Assembly (NCBI RefSeq): GCF_964204865.1
Contig: NC_135263.1
Location: 9,300,001 to 9,364,000 of the forward strand
DNA: 64,000 nucleotides
DNA from: Styela clava
Taxonomy: Eukaryota
Direction of reading: 5' to 3'
In this document: in pieces, positions 12,035 through 25,048 of the stretch
Layout: each line of letters opens with the position of its first letter
Position numbering within the stretch: position 1 is the stretch's first letter
Position numbers and translations under genes: made by a program
The notes under the pieces: model-generated
What the model was told of the DNA's origin: nothing
Database searches by the model: none
What the model saw: the letters and a program-made list of their open reading frames with translations, nothing else

Positions 12035-12132
12035 CACGGTACACCCCTGGTACACCCCCTATCGATGTGGTACCATTTTTGAACTTTTTGGTACACCCTG
12101 GGGTGTACTATACACCTGGTTGACGAGCACTG
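12035..12132 (-). mobile_element. hAT-like terminal fragment with GGTACACCC repeats
   Basis: Ends GGTTGACGAGCACTG (rc CAGTGCTCGTCAACC), followed by target-like CTGTAGAG. Repeated GGTACACCC motifs. Confidence 0.45.
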
Positions 12133-12357
12133 CTGTAGAGTCTAGAAGTGACTTTTCTAAGCAACGTAAGAAGCACACGGCTTCTGCCATTTCCGCCTAT
12201 GTATTCGTCATATACTCCGTATGCAAACGGAGCATACATCGCTAAACGTTTACCCAATGGAGACTGAAATTCATGATTTAAGCATTTCATTCCAGTTTAT
12301 AAAGGGATATCACCGGATAAAGGTTGTGCTATATACTTAGTTCTGCTACTGCTACAC

Positions 12358-12430
12358 CAGTGGTTCTTAACATTTGTGAGCCTGCCGAACCCATGCGCTA
12401 TTCTGCAAGCACCCGTCGAACCCCATCGTA
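12358..12430 (+). mobile_element. hAT terminal fragment
   Basis: CAGTGGTTCTTAAC terminus with CGAACCC subterminal repeats. Confidence 0.5.
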
Positions 12431-14461
12431 CTGAACGGTTGTTGTTGTTTTATTTTACAGAAATAGAGATAGGATATGACTCGGCGCAAGATCGAGATTG
12501 TCCTGAATGGATCATGATAATTTCGGGCAAAGCTCAGCATTTAAAAATCGAACGAATCATCTAAACATAAAGCGTCGACTAATCGAGAAAGAGACTTGAC
12601 ACGACACTATAAGATAATTTTGAGCGAGTCCTCGGAATAGCAAAAAAAATCCAGTGAATAAAGTTATACCACACCCTTCATTTTGTTTGGAAAAAATTCT
12701 CTAGTTTTTTTGCGGCAGTAACTTGAAAATGAGCCGTGCTGATGTCGATGTATAGTTGATAACAAATAAGCATAGGATTGATTTTCTCATTTATCTGGGG
12801 GGAGGAAAGTCGACATGGCGACTGAATTATATGGCGTAACACGCCTTTCGCCGTGTTGATATTCTATGACAGTACGACAGTATTGTACGATACCTCCAAG
12901 TCCAGAGCATTTTATCTACAAGTCATGCAAACCTAGATTTGTATTTCGTTGTTTAGATCTTTACACAAGCATCACTTGTATCTGAACTGAGTATATTTCT
13001 GGTACTCGATTTAATGAAAATCATGTGAGAAAACATGAGGTTTTAAAGGGTGGGGAGTTTGTAAGGGTATTTCACTTTGAGAGAATTGTGTTTTCTGCCA
13101 ATCCATTTGGGCAAAATTATTCTAACGACGAATTCTCTGAAAAAAATTAATTTTGCACAATCACATCTTAATCGTAGTTCCAAGGTAACTGTTTTACACG
13201 TAACATTGAAATGTTTTAGTCTAAATTTATTTGAGCTATAATAATGGCGTTACAGAGAAGTAATTTGTAAACTGATTGTAAAAGTTTAAAGAGACAAATA
13301 TAAACCCCCAAAGAAAATAACTTCCCGAAACAGGAGTCGTCTAAAATAGATGGTAACCCGTAGAAGTTGACTGACAAGTTCAATTGTATTGTTACGTTAG
13401 TAGAAGAACCTGCAAATCGACAGACCTGAACTACTATAGTAGTTCACTTATTGTTAGAATGGAATTGATCACACAAATTATATCACACAAATCACAAGTA
13501 TGTTTTTTGCAATAATTTGTGACCTGGTGGGCGACCGCAAAAACACGACTTTGTGAGCTAAGTATGTTCTTTATAATATCTACTTAATTATGAATTATTA
13601 TTGTAGTTTCTGATGACAAATCGATCTTTACGTTTTGTCATATCAACCAATTTGAAAGTAAATTTTGTTTACAATCAATTATCTTATTACACACCAATAC
13701 TTTTGAAATACTCATCGTAATTTTATATAAAAGAGTGATCGATAATACTACTAAAACGGGAATAGTCATGTAAAAAAGTCTCCTATGAACTGCCCACATT
13801 TGTGAAAAAGATACGAAGAAAGATAGAAAAACTTTTCTTTTAAATTTTGTGAATTCAAAACTATTTCACTTCAAAGCCTAGCGTTGGTAAACACGCTTGA
13901 CTATTGTTATTGTCTAATGCAAATACGGGACAAACAATTTGACAAATGCTTCCAATAAAGCTTGTTTAATTTGAAATGAGATCAGCCCCTACGACATACA
14001 TAAAGCTAACTAGATCAAATATTCCCGTTGTATATCCATATTTGCGGGCGACAATGAGAAGCCGCGAGTAAAAACATTTTTCTACTATTTGTCACCACAT
14101 AGATTCGGTTAACTCAGTATTGCGCTGAGGTGACAGAAATATTTAATATGTTGATTTTCAGCAACCAAATTTTTGAACGTTCGGAGCGTCAAAAATTTAG
14201 CATTTGATTTGTAATAAATAATTAGCAATGCAAATTTGCATTAAACTAGACAAACCGCAAAGAAGATTATATAGGTATATAAAAAGAAATATAAATATTA
14301 TATTGTACCGAATTCTTTGTTTATATATAGTATGGATTACTCAACAAAAAGTTTTCTTGATAAGTAATCAAGGCACGCAACTTGTTTCTTGTTCTCAATA
14401 GTGTTTGTACTGAAAACTCTGATATCCTTTTTTTACAAGCTTACGTTTGTATTGCCAAGGC

Positions 14462-17246
14462 ATGGAAATTCGAGCGGAAGCCGTGAATAATGCAGCTTAT
14501 TCTGGTACGAAAAACAAACAACCCAAAGAAGTATTCGAATTAAAGAAAAAGATTGGATTATGGCGCGGGGTTTCTATTCTTGCTGGAATTATGGTCGGTT
14601 CTGGCATATTTTTGTCTCCCGTTGGTGTGCTGGCCGGTACCAATGGTAGTGTTGGAATAAGTTTAGTACTCTGGGTTGTCTGTGGCTTATTCTCAGGTCT
14701 GGCGGCATTGTGTTATGCTGAACTCGGAACAACTGTAGTAGAATCTGGAGGTGACTTTGCATATTTTAATGCAGCTTATGGAGGACCCGTTGCTTTCGCC
14801 TTTTCTTCGGCGTATCTTTTTGTTATGTACCCGACGGGGAATGCAGCTAAAGCCGTTGCGTTGGGAACATATATTGCTACACCTTTTTACAATGGAGATT
14901 GTGCTCCACCGACCACAGCTATCAAGTTTGCGGGAGCTGCAGCAGTTCTTGTGGTGACGTTCGTGAATTACTTCAGTGTTCGAAATGCTGCTAGAGTTCA
15001 GGTTGTATTCACCATTGCTAAATTTGTCGGGTTGGCGGCTATCATAATTGGTGGAATTACACGCCTGGCGGATGGAGACCCAGTTGCAAATTCTAATTTT
15101 GTGAATGCGTTTGACCCCAAAGCATTAGCCGGTCTCACTGCAACGCAGATTGGATTAGCATTCTACCAGGTATACAATTCTTTGTGCGGTTTTACTATCA
15201 GTTTAAAAGTTCGACCATGCAAAACTTACATTGTCTTGTTAAGAAAATTACATACAGTTGTCTCGAAACTTGTTGTTAGTGTAAATGTACATTAACAGGG
15301 ACTTTTTTCGTATGATGGATGGGCAAATTTGAATAGAGTGACAGAAGAAGTTAAAGACGTGGGAAAAACTCTGCCAAGATGTATTATGATAGCCATCACT
15401 GGAGTGACTGCATTTTATGTTCTCGTTAACATAGCTTATTTTTCGGGTAATTTTTCATTCTAAGCTAAATAATGATAACTATAAATTGTTTTTGTGAAGA
15501 CCTAAATATTTTGAGTGATGATTTTATTTATATATAGCGTCGACAGTAAGCGATAATAATTACAACAATGCATGAAAATGTGGCCGTTAAAAATTGAATT
15601 AGTATGTCCTCATTGACATTTTCCTGATTAGCCAACGTCACGGAAATAGCACGTGCATAAATCCATTGGAATAAAGTCTATGGTTCCAAAAATAATTAGG
15701 TGTGTGATGGTCCCCAAAAATTTACTTCCGAAGTCACTCATCTGACCAAATATTGAGTAGATTTGACATTTTTCAGTTCTCACTCCTGAAAACATTCTGT
15801 CTTCAAAAGCAGTGGCTGTTACATTCGGGTATCGAGTTTTTGGATCTTTTGGTTGGATAATGCCATTGGCTGTGTGCCTTTCTATATTTGGATCACTGAA
15901 CGGATCTTGTTTAGCTGGTGGAAGAATTGCATTTGCTGCAGCTAGGAGAGAGCACTTGCCTCAAGTAATCTGAAACGCTTTTATACCTTACTTGACAACA
16001 ACATTCATTTATATATCTATTTTTATGAATCCACTTTTATAATGAATAATTCTTATCGACTGGCAGTATCTCTATAAGATATTTAAAATATATTAGTATA
16101 ACAAGATTTTGCTCTGATAACGCAAAATATGAGTGACAATAGTGATGAATATCATAAGTTTTAACTGCTACAAGTCACGTGAAAACTCTTGGCAAGAAAT
16201 GTATATGATTATTAATATCAGATATTCAGCAAATTTATATTCTATCAACATAAACTTTGCTTCTTTTTTTTTATAAAATTTGAAGACGTTTTTCTGTAAT
16301 ATAAATGGCAGAATATCTTATCATTATTTTTTTTTAGATATTTTCTATGATTCACGTCGAGCATATTACTCCGGGACCATCTCTCCTTATTCATAACTTA
16401 CTCGTTTTAATAATGCTTATACCTGGTGATTTTGACACTCTTCTCAACTCCATGAGTTTTGCAACTTGGATATTTTATGGTTTGGGAGCAGTCGGAGTTC
16501 TTGTTCTACGAAAAACAAGACCTGACTTGCCGAGGCCTTACAAGGTTACATAAATATTTTTTTAGATTTAAATCTCACTTTTTGAAGTGATCACTCAAAC
16601 TTATATCTATATCAAATATGGTGTAAATAAATAGTTACATGATTAAATACACTTCAACGCTATATACTACTCTGGTTGAAAGGACTAAATGTTTGAATTT
16701 TAAATTATAGTAAATTTTGGGACCTCCTGAAGTATGCGCACCAAGATGACGCACAACCTGAACTCAGATTGTGTACTAGGTTAGAGTTCAGTTCGTGCGA
16801 CATCTTGGTGCGCATACTTCAGGAGTACCAAATTTTGTACTGTTCATGTATTTGCCTTGAATGAATAAAAGATTTTACATATACTTATACAAGGAAATTT
16901 GAGAAGTCCAAAGTACAAACTTCTTGAAAAATAACAAAACATAAAATCATTAAGAGTCCAATTCTTGTAATTTATTTAACAGGTTCCTGTTGTTATACCT
17001 GTCATTGTCGCTATATTTACAGTTTATCTGACAATTGCTCCATTAATCGAAAACCCGGATATTTCTTACTTGTATGGTGGAATATTCATACTTTGTTCGC
17101 CGATTTTCTATTTCCTGTTTGTCTACAAAAAGCTTCGTCTGCCAGGAATGGATCACTTCACAATATTTTTGCAAAAATTTCTTGATGTTTCACCAACGGA
17201 TTGGGAAGACAAGTTGGCAATAAATGCTTCTGATAAGAGTGAATAA
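14462..17246 (+). CDS. SLC7A9: SLC7 L-type amino-acid transporter light chain, b(0,+)AT-like, copy 1 (intact, 504 aa)
   Basis: Exons 14462-15169, 15299-15446, 15777-15964, 16338-16544, 16983-17246, all GT-AG and in frame. Motifs GSGIFLSP, ALCYAELGT, PFYNGDCAPP (heavy-chain Cys), GLFSYDGW (Asp as in b0,+AT) and PDLPRPYKVP. Exact orthology is uncertain. Confidence 0.93.
16720..16829. mobile_element. 110-bp palindromic MITE (Merlin-like: GG termini, 8-bp TSD) in intron 4
   Basis: TIR GG..CTCCTGAAGTATGCGCACCAAGATG and TSD AAATTTTG (16712-16719, 16830-16837). Confidence 0.85.
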
Positions 17247-18840
17247 TTAGTACATCGCACAATGTACATTTTCATAAACATTGACATTAATAAACAGATA
17301 TTAAACATACTTTTTAGTTTGTATGTGCTAACTTGGCTACTTATATGCTTATGAACTATATTTCATTTCACTTTCAATTGTTCTGTGATTCCACTGATTT
17401 TGTATAAATGTGTATGGTGATTTTGTCGTCTGGAATTCTTCAGATCATAAATCAAAATATTAGCGCTATGTTCAGTTTGCGTTTACGTTAACTTAAAGAA
17501 TATCTTTCAGATGAAATAAATCCACGATATAGTTTTAGAGAGATTTCTGCTTATAAACTTAACTCTGATCCCACTTGTTAAAGTACCATAATAGGTAAAA
17601 AACACTAATCTTTGTTGGTTATTGCATGAAACATTCATGCGAAAGCGAGGTAGTCAATTTGTACCCCGAAAGACGTGATGCGTCATTTTGTAAATGGATC
17701 TGTACACGAAATGTAAACAATTGTTACTTCGTTACTAAACGCATATTTTTGTCTAAGACTTGTTTACAAAGTGGGGTGATTTTTCTCGTCAAAATGAAAT
17801 ATGATGTGTTAATATTTTATCTTGCATAAGATAATGGTAAACTTTATATTGAATCTGTATACAGTATATAAATTTATATGCAGCCTTCTACAGAATGTGA
17901 CGCACCGAATTTTATATGATTGCAGAAAACAAATATACTTCATAAGGCCACATTACCTATGTACACAAACTAATGCCATTATTTCAATACGGATGAAAAA
18001 GTGCTTCACAAATTAGAATTTCGAAAAAAAAAACTTGGCATTGATGTTAATATTTGTTTGACAATAAACGCAAAATTTAGTTCAAATACTGCTGTCCAAT
18101 TATGTCCTGAAAGTATTGTTCAAACAAACGATCTTTTAGCGTAGGAAGATAGATATAGCTAGAACATACCAGGCAACTATAGCAGTATTGGCAGAAGAAA
18201 AATTAATTTCAGAATCAGCAAATGAAATTTCCATTATTTCAAGATTTTAATCATTAAGAGACGAGATATTAAATGTCATTGAAAAAGAACGTTAAAGGTT
18301 CAACCTTAAATTAATATTTGTAACGATAGTTTAATTTTTTTAAATAACCAAAATTTGAGGTCAAATTCATTTATGGAATCAGTTACTATATATTTCGCGT
18401 GTAAAATCACAACAAAAAAACTCTATTCGGCAAAGTTTATCTTCTATACCCATATCATAGTTGTGCAGTTTCCGGTCATTATTTTCCAGAAAACTGATAG
18501 CTTTCACGAACTAAGGAGTTTTTCACCTAAATAAGGAGTGGAAATAAAATCAATTTGCGATCCATATATATTATGAATAATAGAAAGGGTAGAACTACTA
18601 TAGGAGTTCACTTATTGTTAGGATGGAATTGATCACACATATCGTATTATGTTTTTTGCAATAATTCATGCCCATGCGAAGTCCCCAAAAACACGACGGG
18701 TCACGGCTCTGTGGGCTCAGTATATTCCTTGTAATTGCTACCTAATATAAATAAAGTACTTGTTCCTTGTATTTAATAGTGTTTGAACTGAGAACTCTGA
18801 TATTCTTTTATTTACAAGATTACGTTTCTATTGGCAAGGC

Positions 18841-21650
18841 ATGGAAATTCGAGCAGAAGCCGTGAATAATGCAGCTCATTCTGGTACGAAAAACAGTCAA
18901 CCCAAAGAAGTATTTGAATTACAGAAAAAGATTGGATTATGGCGCGGGGTTTCTATTATTGCTGGGATTATGGTCGGTTCTGGCATATTTTTGTCTCCCG
19001 TTGGTGTGCTGGCCGGTACCAATGGTAGTGTTGGAATGAGTTTAGTACTATGGGTTGTCTGTGGCTTATTCTCAGGTCTGGCGGCATTGTGTTATGCTGA
19101 ACTCGGAACAACTGTTGTAGAATCTGGAGGTGACTTTGCATATTTTAATGCAGCTTATGGAGGACCCGTTGCTTTCGCCTATTCTTCGGCTTATCTTTTT
19201 GTTATTTACTCGACGGGGAGTGCAGCTAAGGCCGTTGCGTTGGGAACATATATTGCTACACCTTTTTACAATGGAGAATGTGCTCCACCGACCACAGCTG
19301 TCAAGTTTGCGGGAGCCGCAGCCATTCTTGTGGTGACGTTCGTGAATTACTTCAGTGTTCGAAATGCTGCTAGAGTTCAGGTTGTATTCACCATTGCTAA
19401 ATTTGTCGGGTTGGCGGCTATCATAATTGGTGGAATTACACGCCTGGCGGATGGAAACCCAGTTGCAAATTCTAATTTTGTGAATGCGTTTGATCCCAAA
19501 GCATTAGCCGGTCTCACTGCAACGCAGATTGGATTAGCATTCTATCAGGTATACAATTCTTTGTGCCGTTTTACTGTCAGTTAAGAAGTTCGACCATGCA
19601 AAACTTACATTGACTTGTTAAGAAAATTACATACAGTTGTCTCGAAACTTGTTGTTAGTGTAAATGTACATTAACAGGGACTTTTTTCGTATGATGGATG
19701 GGCAAATTTGAATAGAGTGACAGAAGAAGTTAACGACGTGGGAAAAACTCTGCCAAGATGTATCATGATAGCCATCACTGGAGTGACTGCCTTTTATGTT
19801 CTTGTTAACATAGCTTATTTTTCAGGTAATTTTTCATTGTAAACTGAATAATGATAACTATAAATTATTTTTGTGAAGATTTAAATATTTTTAGTGATGA
19901 TTTTTTTATGGCGTCGAAAGTAAGCGATATTAATTACAACCACGCATGAAAATGTGGCCCCTGAAAAATTGAATCGGTATGTCTTCATTGACATTTTGCT
20001 GACTAGCCAACGTCATGGAAATAGCATGTGCAATAAATAGCATGTATTCATTGGAATGAGGTCCATGGTTCCGAAAATATTTAGGTGTGTGATGGTCTCT
20101 AAACATTTAGTTCCGAAGTCACTCATCTGACCAAATATTGAGTAAATTTGACATTTTTCAGTTCTCACTCCTGAAAACATTCTGTCTTCAAAAGCAGTGG
20201 CTGTTACATTTGGGTATCGGGTTTTTGGATCTTTTGGCTGGATAATGCCATTGGCTGTGTGCCTTTCTATATTTGGATCACTCAACGGATCTTGTTTAAC
20301 TGGTGGAAGAATTACATTTGCTGCAGCTAGGAGAGGGCACTTGCCTCAAGTAATCTGAAACGTGTTTATACCTTGCTTGACAACAACATTCATTTATATA
20401 TTTATTTTTATGAATCCACTTTTATTAGAATGAATAATTCTTATCGACTGGCAGTATCTCTATAACATATTCGATATATTTTAGAGCTTAGTATAACAAG
20501 ATTTTGCTCTGATAACGCATAATATGAGTGACAATAGTGACGAATATCATAAGTTTTAACTGCTGCAAGCAAGTTATGTAAAAACTCTTGGCAAGAAATG
20601 TATATGATTATTAAGATTAGAGATATTCAGCAAATTTATATTCTATCAACATAAACTTTGGTTCTTTTTTTTATAAAATTTGCAGCCGTTTTTCTTTAAT
20701 AATAAATGGCAGAATATTGATCATTATTTTTTAGATATTTTCTATGATTCACGTCGAGCATATTACTCCGGGACCATCTCTCCTTATTCATAACTTACTC
20801 GTTTTAATAATGCTTATACCTGGTGATTTTGACACTCTTCTTAACTCCATGAGTTTCGCAACTTGGATATTTTATGGTTTGGGTGCCGTCGGAGTTCTTG
20901 TTCTACGAAAAACAAGACCTGACTTGCCGAGGCCTTACAAGGTTACATAAATATTTTTTTAGATTTAAATCTTACTTTTTGAAGTGCTCATTCAAACTTT
21001 ATAGCTATATAAAATATGGTGTAAATGAATAGTTACGTGAATAAATACACATCAACACTATATACTACTCTGGTTAAAAGGAGTGAATGTTTGAGTTTTA
21101 AATTAGATGAATTTTGGGACCTCCTGAAGTATACGCGCCAAAATTGCGCACAACCTGAACTCAGGTTGTGTATCATGTTGAGGTTCAGGCTGTGTGACAT
21201 CTTGGTGCGCATACTTCAGAAGTACCAAATTTAAATTCAAGTACTGTCCATGTATTTGCCTTGAATGAATAAAGTATTTTAAAGATACTTATACAAGAAA
21301 ATTTGAGAGGTCCAACGTACAAACTTCTTAAAAAATAACAAAATATAAAATCATTAAGAGTCCAATTGTTGTAATTTATTTAACAGGTTCCCGTTGTTAT
21401 ACCTGTCATTGTCGCTATATTTACAGTTTATCTGACAATTGCACCATTAATCGAAAACCCGGATATTTCTTACTTGTATGGTGGAATATTCATACTTTGT
21501 TCGCCGATTTTCTATTTCCTGTTTGTCTACAAAAAGCTTCGTCTGCCAGGAATGGATCACTTCACAATATTTTTGCAGAAATTTCTTGATGTTTCACCAA
21601 CGGATTGGGAAGACAAGTTGGCAATAAATGCTTCTGATAAGAGTGAATAA
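18841..21650 (+). CDS. SLC7A9: SLC7 b(0,+)AT-like transporter, copy 2 (intact, 504 aa)
   Basis: Exons 18841-19548, 19678-19825, 20162-20349, 20735-20941, 21387-21650. Same exon lengths as copy 1 and highly similar, introns included. Confidence 0.93.
21117..21226. mobile_element. 110-bp palindromic MITE (co-duplicated copy)
   Basis: Same element and same intron position as 16720-16829. Confidence 0.8.
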
Positions 21651-22875
21651 TTAGTACATTGCACAGTGTACATTTTCATAAACATTGACATTAATAAACA
21701 GATATTAAACAATTAAACATACTTTTTAGTTTGTTTGTGCCAACTTGGCTACTTATATGCTTATGAACTATTTTTCATTACACTTTCAATTGTTCTGTCA
21801 TTCCATTAATTTCGTATAAATGTGTATGATTTTATCGTCTGGAATTCTTGAGATCATAAATCAAAAAATCGGAGCTATGTTCAGTTTGCGTTTACGTTAA
21901 CTTAAAGAACATCTTTCAGATGAAATAAATCCACGATATAACATTTTTTGTTGAATATGCAAAATAGAAAAAAATTTTGTGTTAGATTTTTTTACAAAAT
22001 TAATTTTTTTTTATGCACAATCAATAGTTTTAGGAAGATTTCTGCTTATAAACTTAACTCTGATCCCACTTGTTAAAGTACAATAATAGGCAAAAACACT
22101 AATCTTTATTGCATGAAACATTCATGCGAAAGCGAGATAGTCAATTTGTACCCCGAAAGACGTGATGCGTTAATATGTAAATGGATCTGTACACGAAATG
22201 TAAACAATTGTTACTTTGTTACTAAACGCATATTTTAGTCTAAGACTTATTTACAACGTGAGGTGATTTTTCTCGTCAAAATGAAATATGATGTGTTAAT
22301 ATTTTATCTTGCATAGATAATGGTAAACTCTTTATTGAATCTGTATACAGTATAAAAATTTATATGCAGCCCTCTACAAAATGTGACGTACCGAATTCTA
22401 TATGATTGCAGAAAACAAATATACTTTAAAAGGCCACATTACCTATGTGCACAAACTAATGCCATTATTTCAATAAGGATAAAAAAGTGCTTCACAAATT
22501 AGAATTTCGAAAAAAGAAAACTTGGCATTGATGTTAATATTTGTTTGACAATAAACGCAAACTTCAGTTCAAATCCTGCTGTCCAATTATGTCCTAAAAG
22601 TATTGTTCAAACAAACGATCTTTTTTTTTTCCTGGCGGATGGAAACCCAGTTGCAAATTCTAATTTTGTGAATGCGTTTGAACCCAAAGCATTAGCCGGT
22701 CTCACTGCCACGCAGATTGGATTAGCATTCTATCAGGTATACAATTCTTTGTGCCGTTTTACTGTCAGTTTAGAAGTTCGACCATGCAAAACTTACATTG
22801 CCTTGTTAAGAAAATTACATACAGGCGATACAGCTGTCTCGAAACTTGTTGTTAGTGTAAATGTACATTAACAGG

Positions 22876-23497
22876 TGTAGGTAATAAACGGTGCTATCAC
22901 CTAACTATGATGTGGAGTGATATCGTGTGATCCAATGTGCGAGTAACACCAGAAATACTTGAAAAGCCCGATCCCAAATAGTTCATTCAACATTTGTTGC
23001 TTTGACTTTATTGCATTATCGCAGTAGTAATGAACATCCATGAGTCAGTTTATTCCAGTTATTACACACAATTTAATCTAATTTATGAACATCACTCCAA
23101 ATATTGACTAAATAAATAAAACAAACATGAAAACATAACTTACAAAATAGCAAATTCCAAGAGCTAAACGACAGAAATGCGCTCACTAAAACCACTAAAA
23201 GAAGAGAGCGGCGTGCTGAAGAATTTACAGATTCCAGATTATTGGTCAGAATATACTGCCAAGTTGGCTCAATAAAATATATATTTGGGACTCCTCATGT
23301 ATTAACCATGTGGAAATAATTATTAGTATCAAATTTTGGATAGGAATCACTTCATTTAACTGAATATGAATGTACCACGCTTATGAAATTGAACGACTAT
23401 CGCAAGACTGGTATGATTGCGAAAATAGATATTACGAAACACTTTCCTGGAACACAACCTAGTGCCCATAATTAATATAAAGGGAACATTTCTCACA
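22876..23497 (-). mobile_element. Probable solo LTR
   Basis: Insertion absent from the paralogues, with TGT...ACA termini and an AATAAA ~130 bp from the minus-strand 3' end. The TSD is degenerate (ACAGG vs ACGG). Confidence 0.65.
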
Positions 23498-24938
23498 ACG
23501 GACTTTTTCGTATGATGGATGGGCAAATTTGAATAGAGTGACAGAAGAAGTTAACGACGTGGGAAAAATTCTGCCAAGATGTATCATGATAGCCATCACT
23601 AGAGTGACTGCCTTTTATGTTCTTGTTAACATAGCTTATTTTTCAGGTAATTTTTCATTGTAAACTGAATAATGATAACTATAAATTGTTTTTGTGAATA
23701 TCTAAATATTTTGAGTGATGATTTTATTTATGGCGTCGAAAGTAAACGATAATAATTACAACCACGCATGAAAATGTGGCCCCTAAAAATTGAATCGGTA
23801 TGTCTTCATTGACATTTTGCTGACTAGCCAACGTCACGGAAATAGCACGTGCAATAAATAGCATGTATTCATTGGAATGAGGTCCATGGTTCCGAAAATA
23901 TTTAGGTGTGTGATGGTCTCTAAACATTTAGTTCCGAAGTCACTTATCTGACCAAATATTGAGTAGATTGGACATTTTTCAGTTCTCACTCCTGAAAACA
24001 TTCTGTCTTCAAAAGCAGTGGCTGTTACATTTGGGTATCGGGTTTTTGGATCTTTTGGTTGGATAATGCCATTGGCTGTGTGCCTTTCTATATTTGGATC
24101 ACTGAACGGATCTTGTTTAACTGGTGGAAGAATTACATTTGCTGCAGCTAGGAGAGGGCACTTGCCTCAAGTAATCTGAAACGTGTTTATACCTTACTTG
24201 ACAACAACATTCATTTATATATTTATTTTTATCAATCCACTTTTATTAGAATGAATAATTCTTATCGACTGGCAGTATCTCTATAAGATATTCGAAAAAT
24301 ATTAGATCTTAGTATAACAAGATTTTGCTCTGATAACGCATAGTATGAGTGACAATAGTGACGAATATCATAAGTTTCAACTGCTGCAAGTCATGTAAAA
24401 ACTCTTGTCAAGAAATGTATATGATTATTAAGATTAGATATTCAGCAAATTTATATTCTATCAACATAAACTTTAATTCTTTTTTTTTTATAAAATTTGC
24501 AGCCGTTTTTCTTTAATAATAAATGGCAGAATATTGATCATTATTTTTTAGATATTTTCTATGATTCACGTCGAGCATATTACTCCGGGACCATCTCCCC
24601 TTATTCATAACTTACTCGTTTTAATAATGCTTATACCTGGTGATTTTGACACTCTTCTCAACTCTATGAGTTTTGCAACTTGGATATTTTATGGTTTGGG
24701 TGCCGTCGGAGTTCTTGTTCTACGAAAAACAAGACCTGACTTGCCGAGGCCTTACAAGGTTACATAAATATTTTTTTAGATTTAAATCTTACTTTTTGAA
24801 GTGCTCACTCAAACTTTATAGCTATATCAAATATATATGGTGTAAATAAATAGTTACATGATTAAATACACTTCAACACTATATACTACTCTGGTTGAAA
24901 AGACTAAATGTTTGAGTTTTAAATTATAGTAAATTTTG

Positions 24939-25048
24939 GGACTTCCTGAAGTATGCGCACCAAGATGGCGCACAGCCTGAACTCAGGTCGTGTACCAGGT
25001 TAGGGTTCAGGTTATGCGACATCTTGATGCGCATACTTCAGGAGTACC
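24939..25048. mobile_element. 110-bp palindromic MITE (co-duplicated copy)
   Basis: Same element and same intron position as 16720-16829. Confidence 0.8.

Noticed and set aside
14425-14461. Acceptor sites just upstream of the SLC7 ATGs (14439, 18818, 31563) as SL trans-splice/operon signals
   Set aside because: Plausible upstream cis donors exist (GTATGT ~13562, GTATAT ~18720, GTAACT ~31207), so ordinary 5'-UTR introns explain them. The sequence alone cannot show trans-splicing.
17626-18016. Short ORFs repeated in the SLC7 spacers (also 25804-26349)
   Set aside because: These are AT-rich chance ORFs, frameshifted between copies and similar only because of the duplication.
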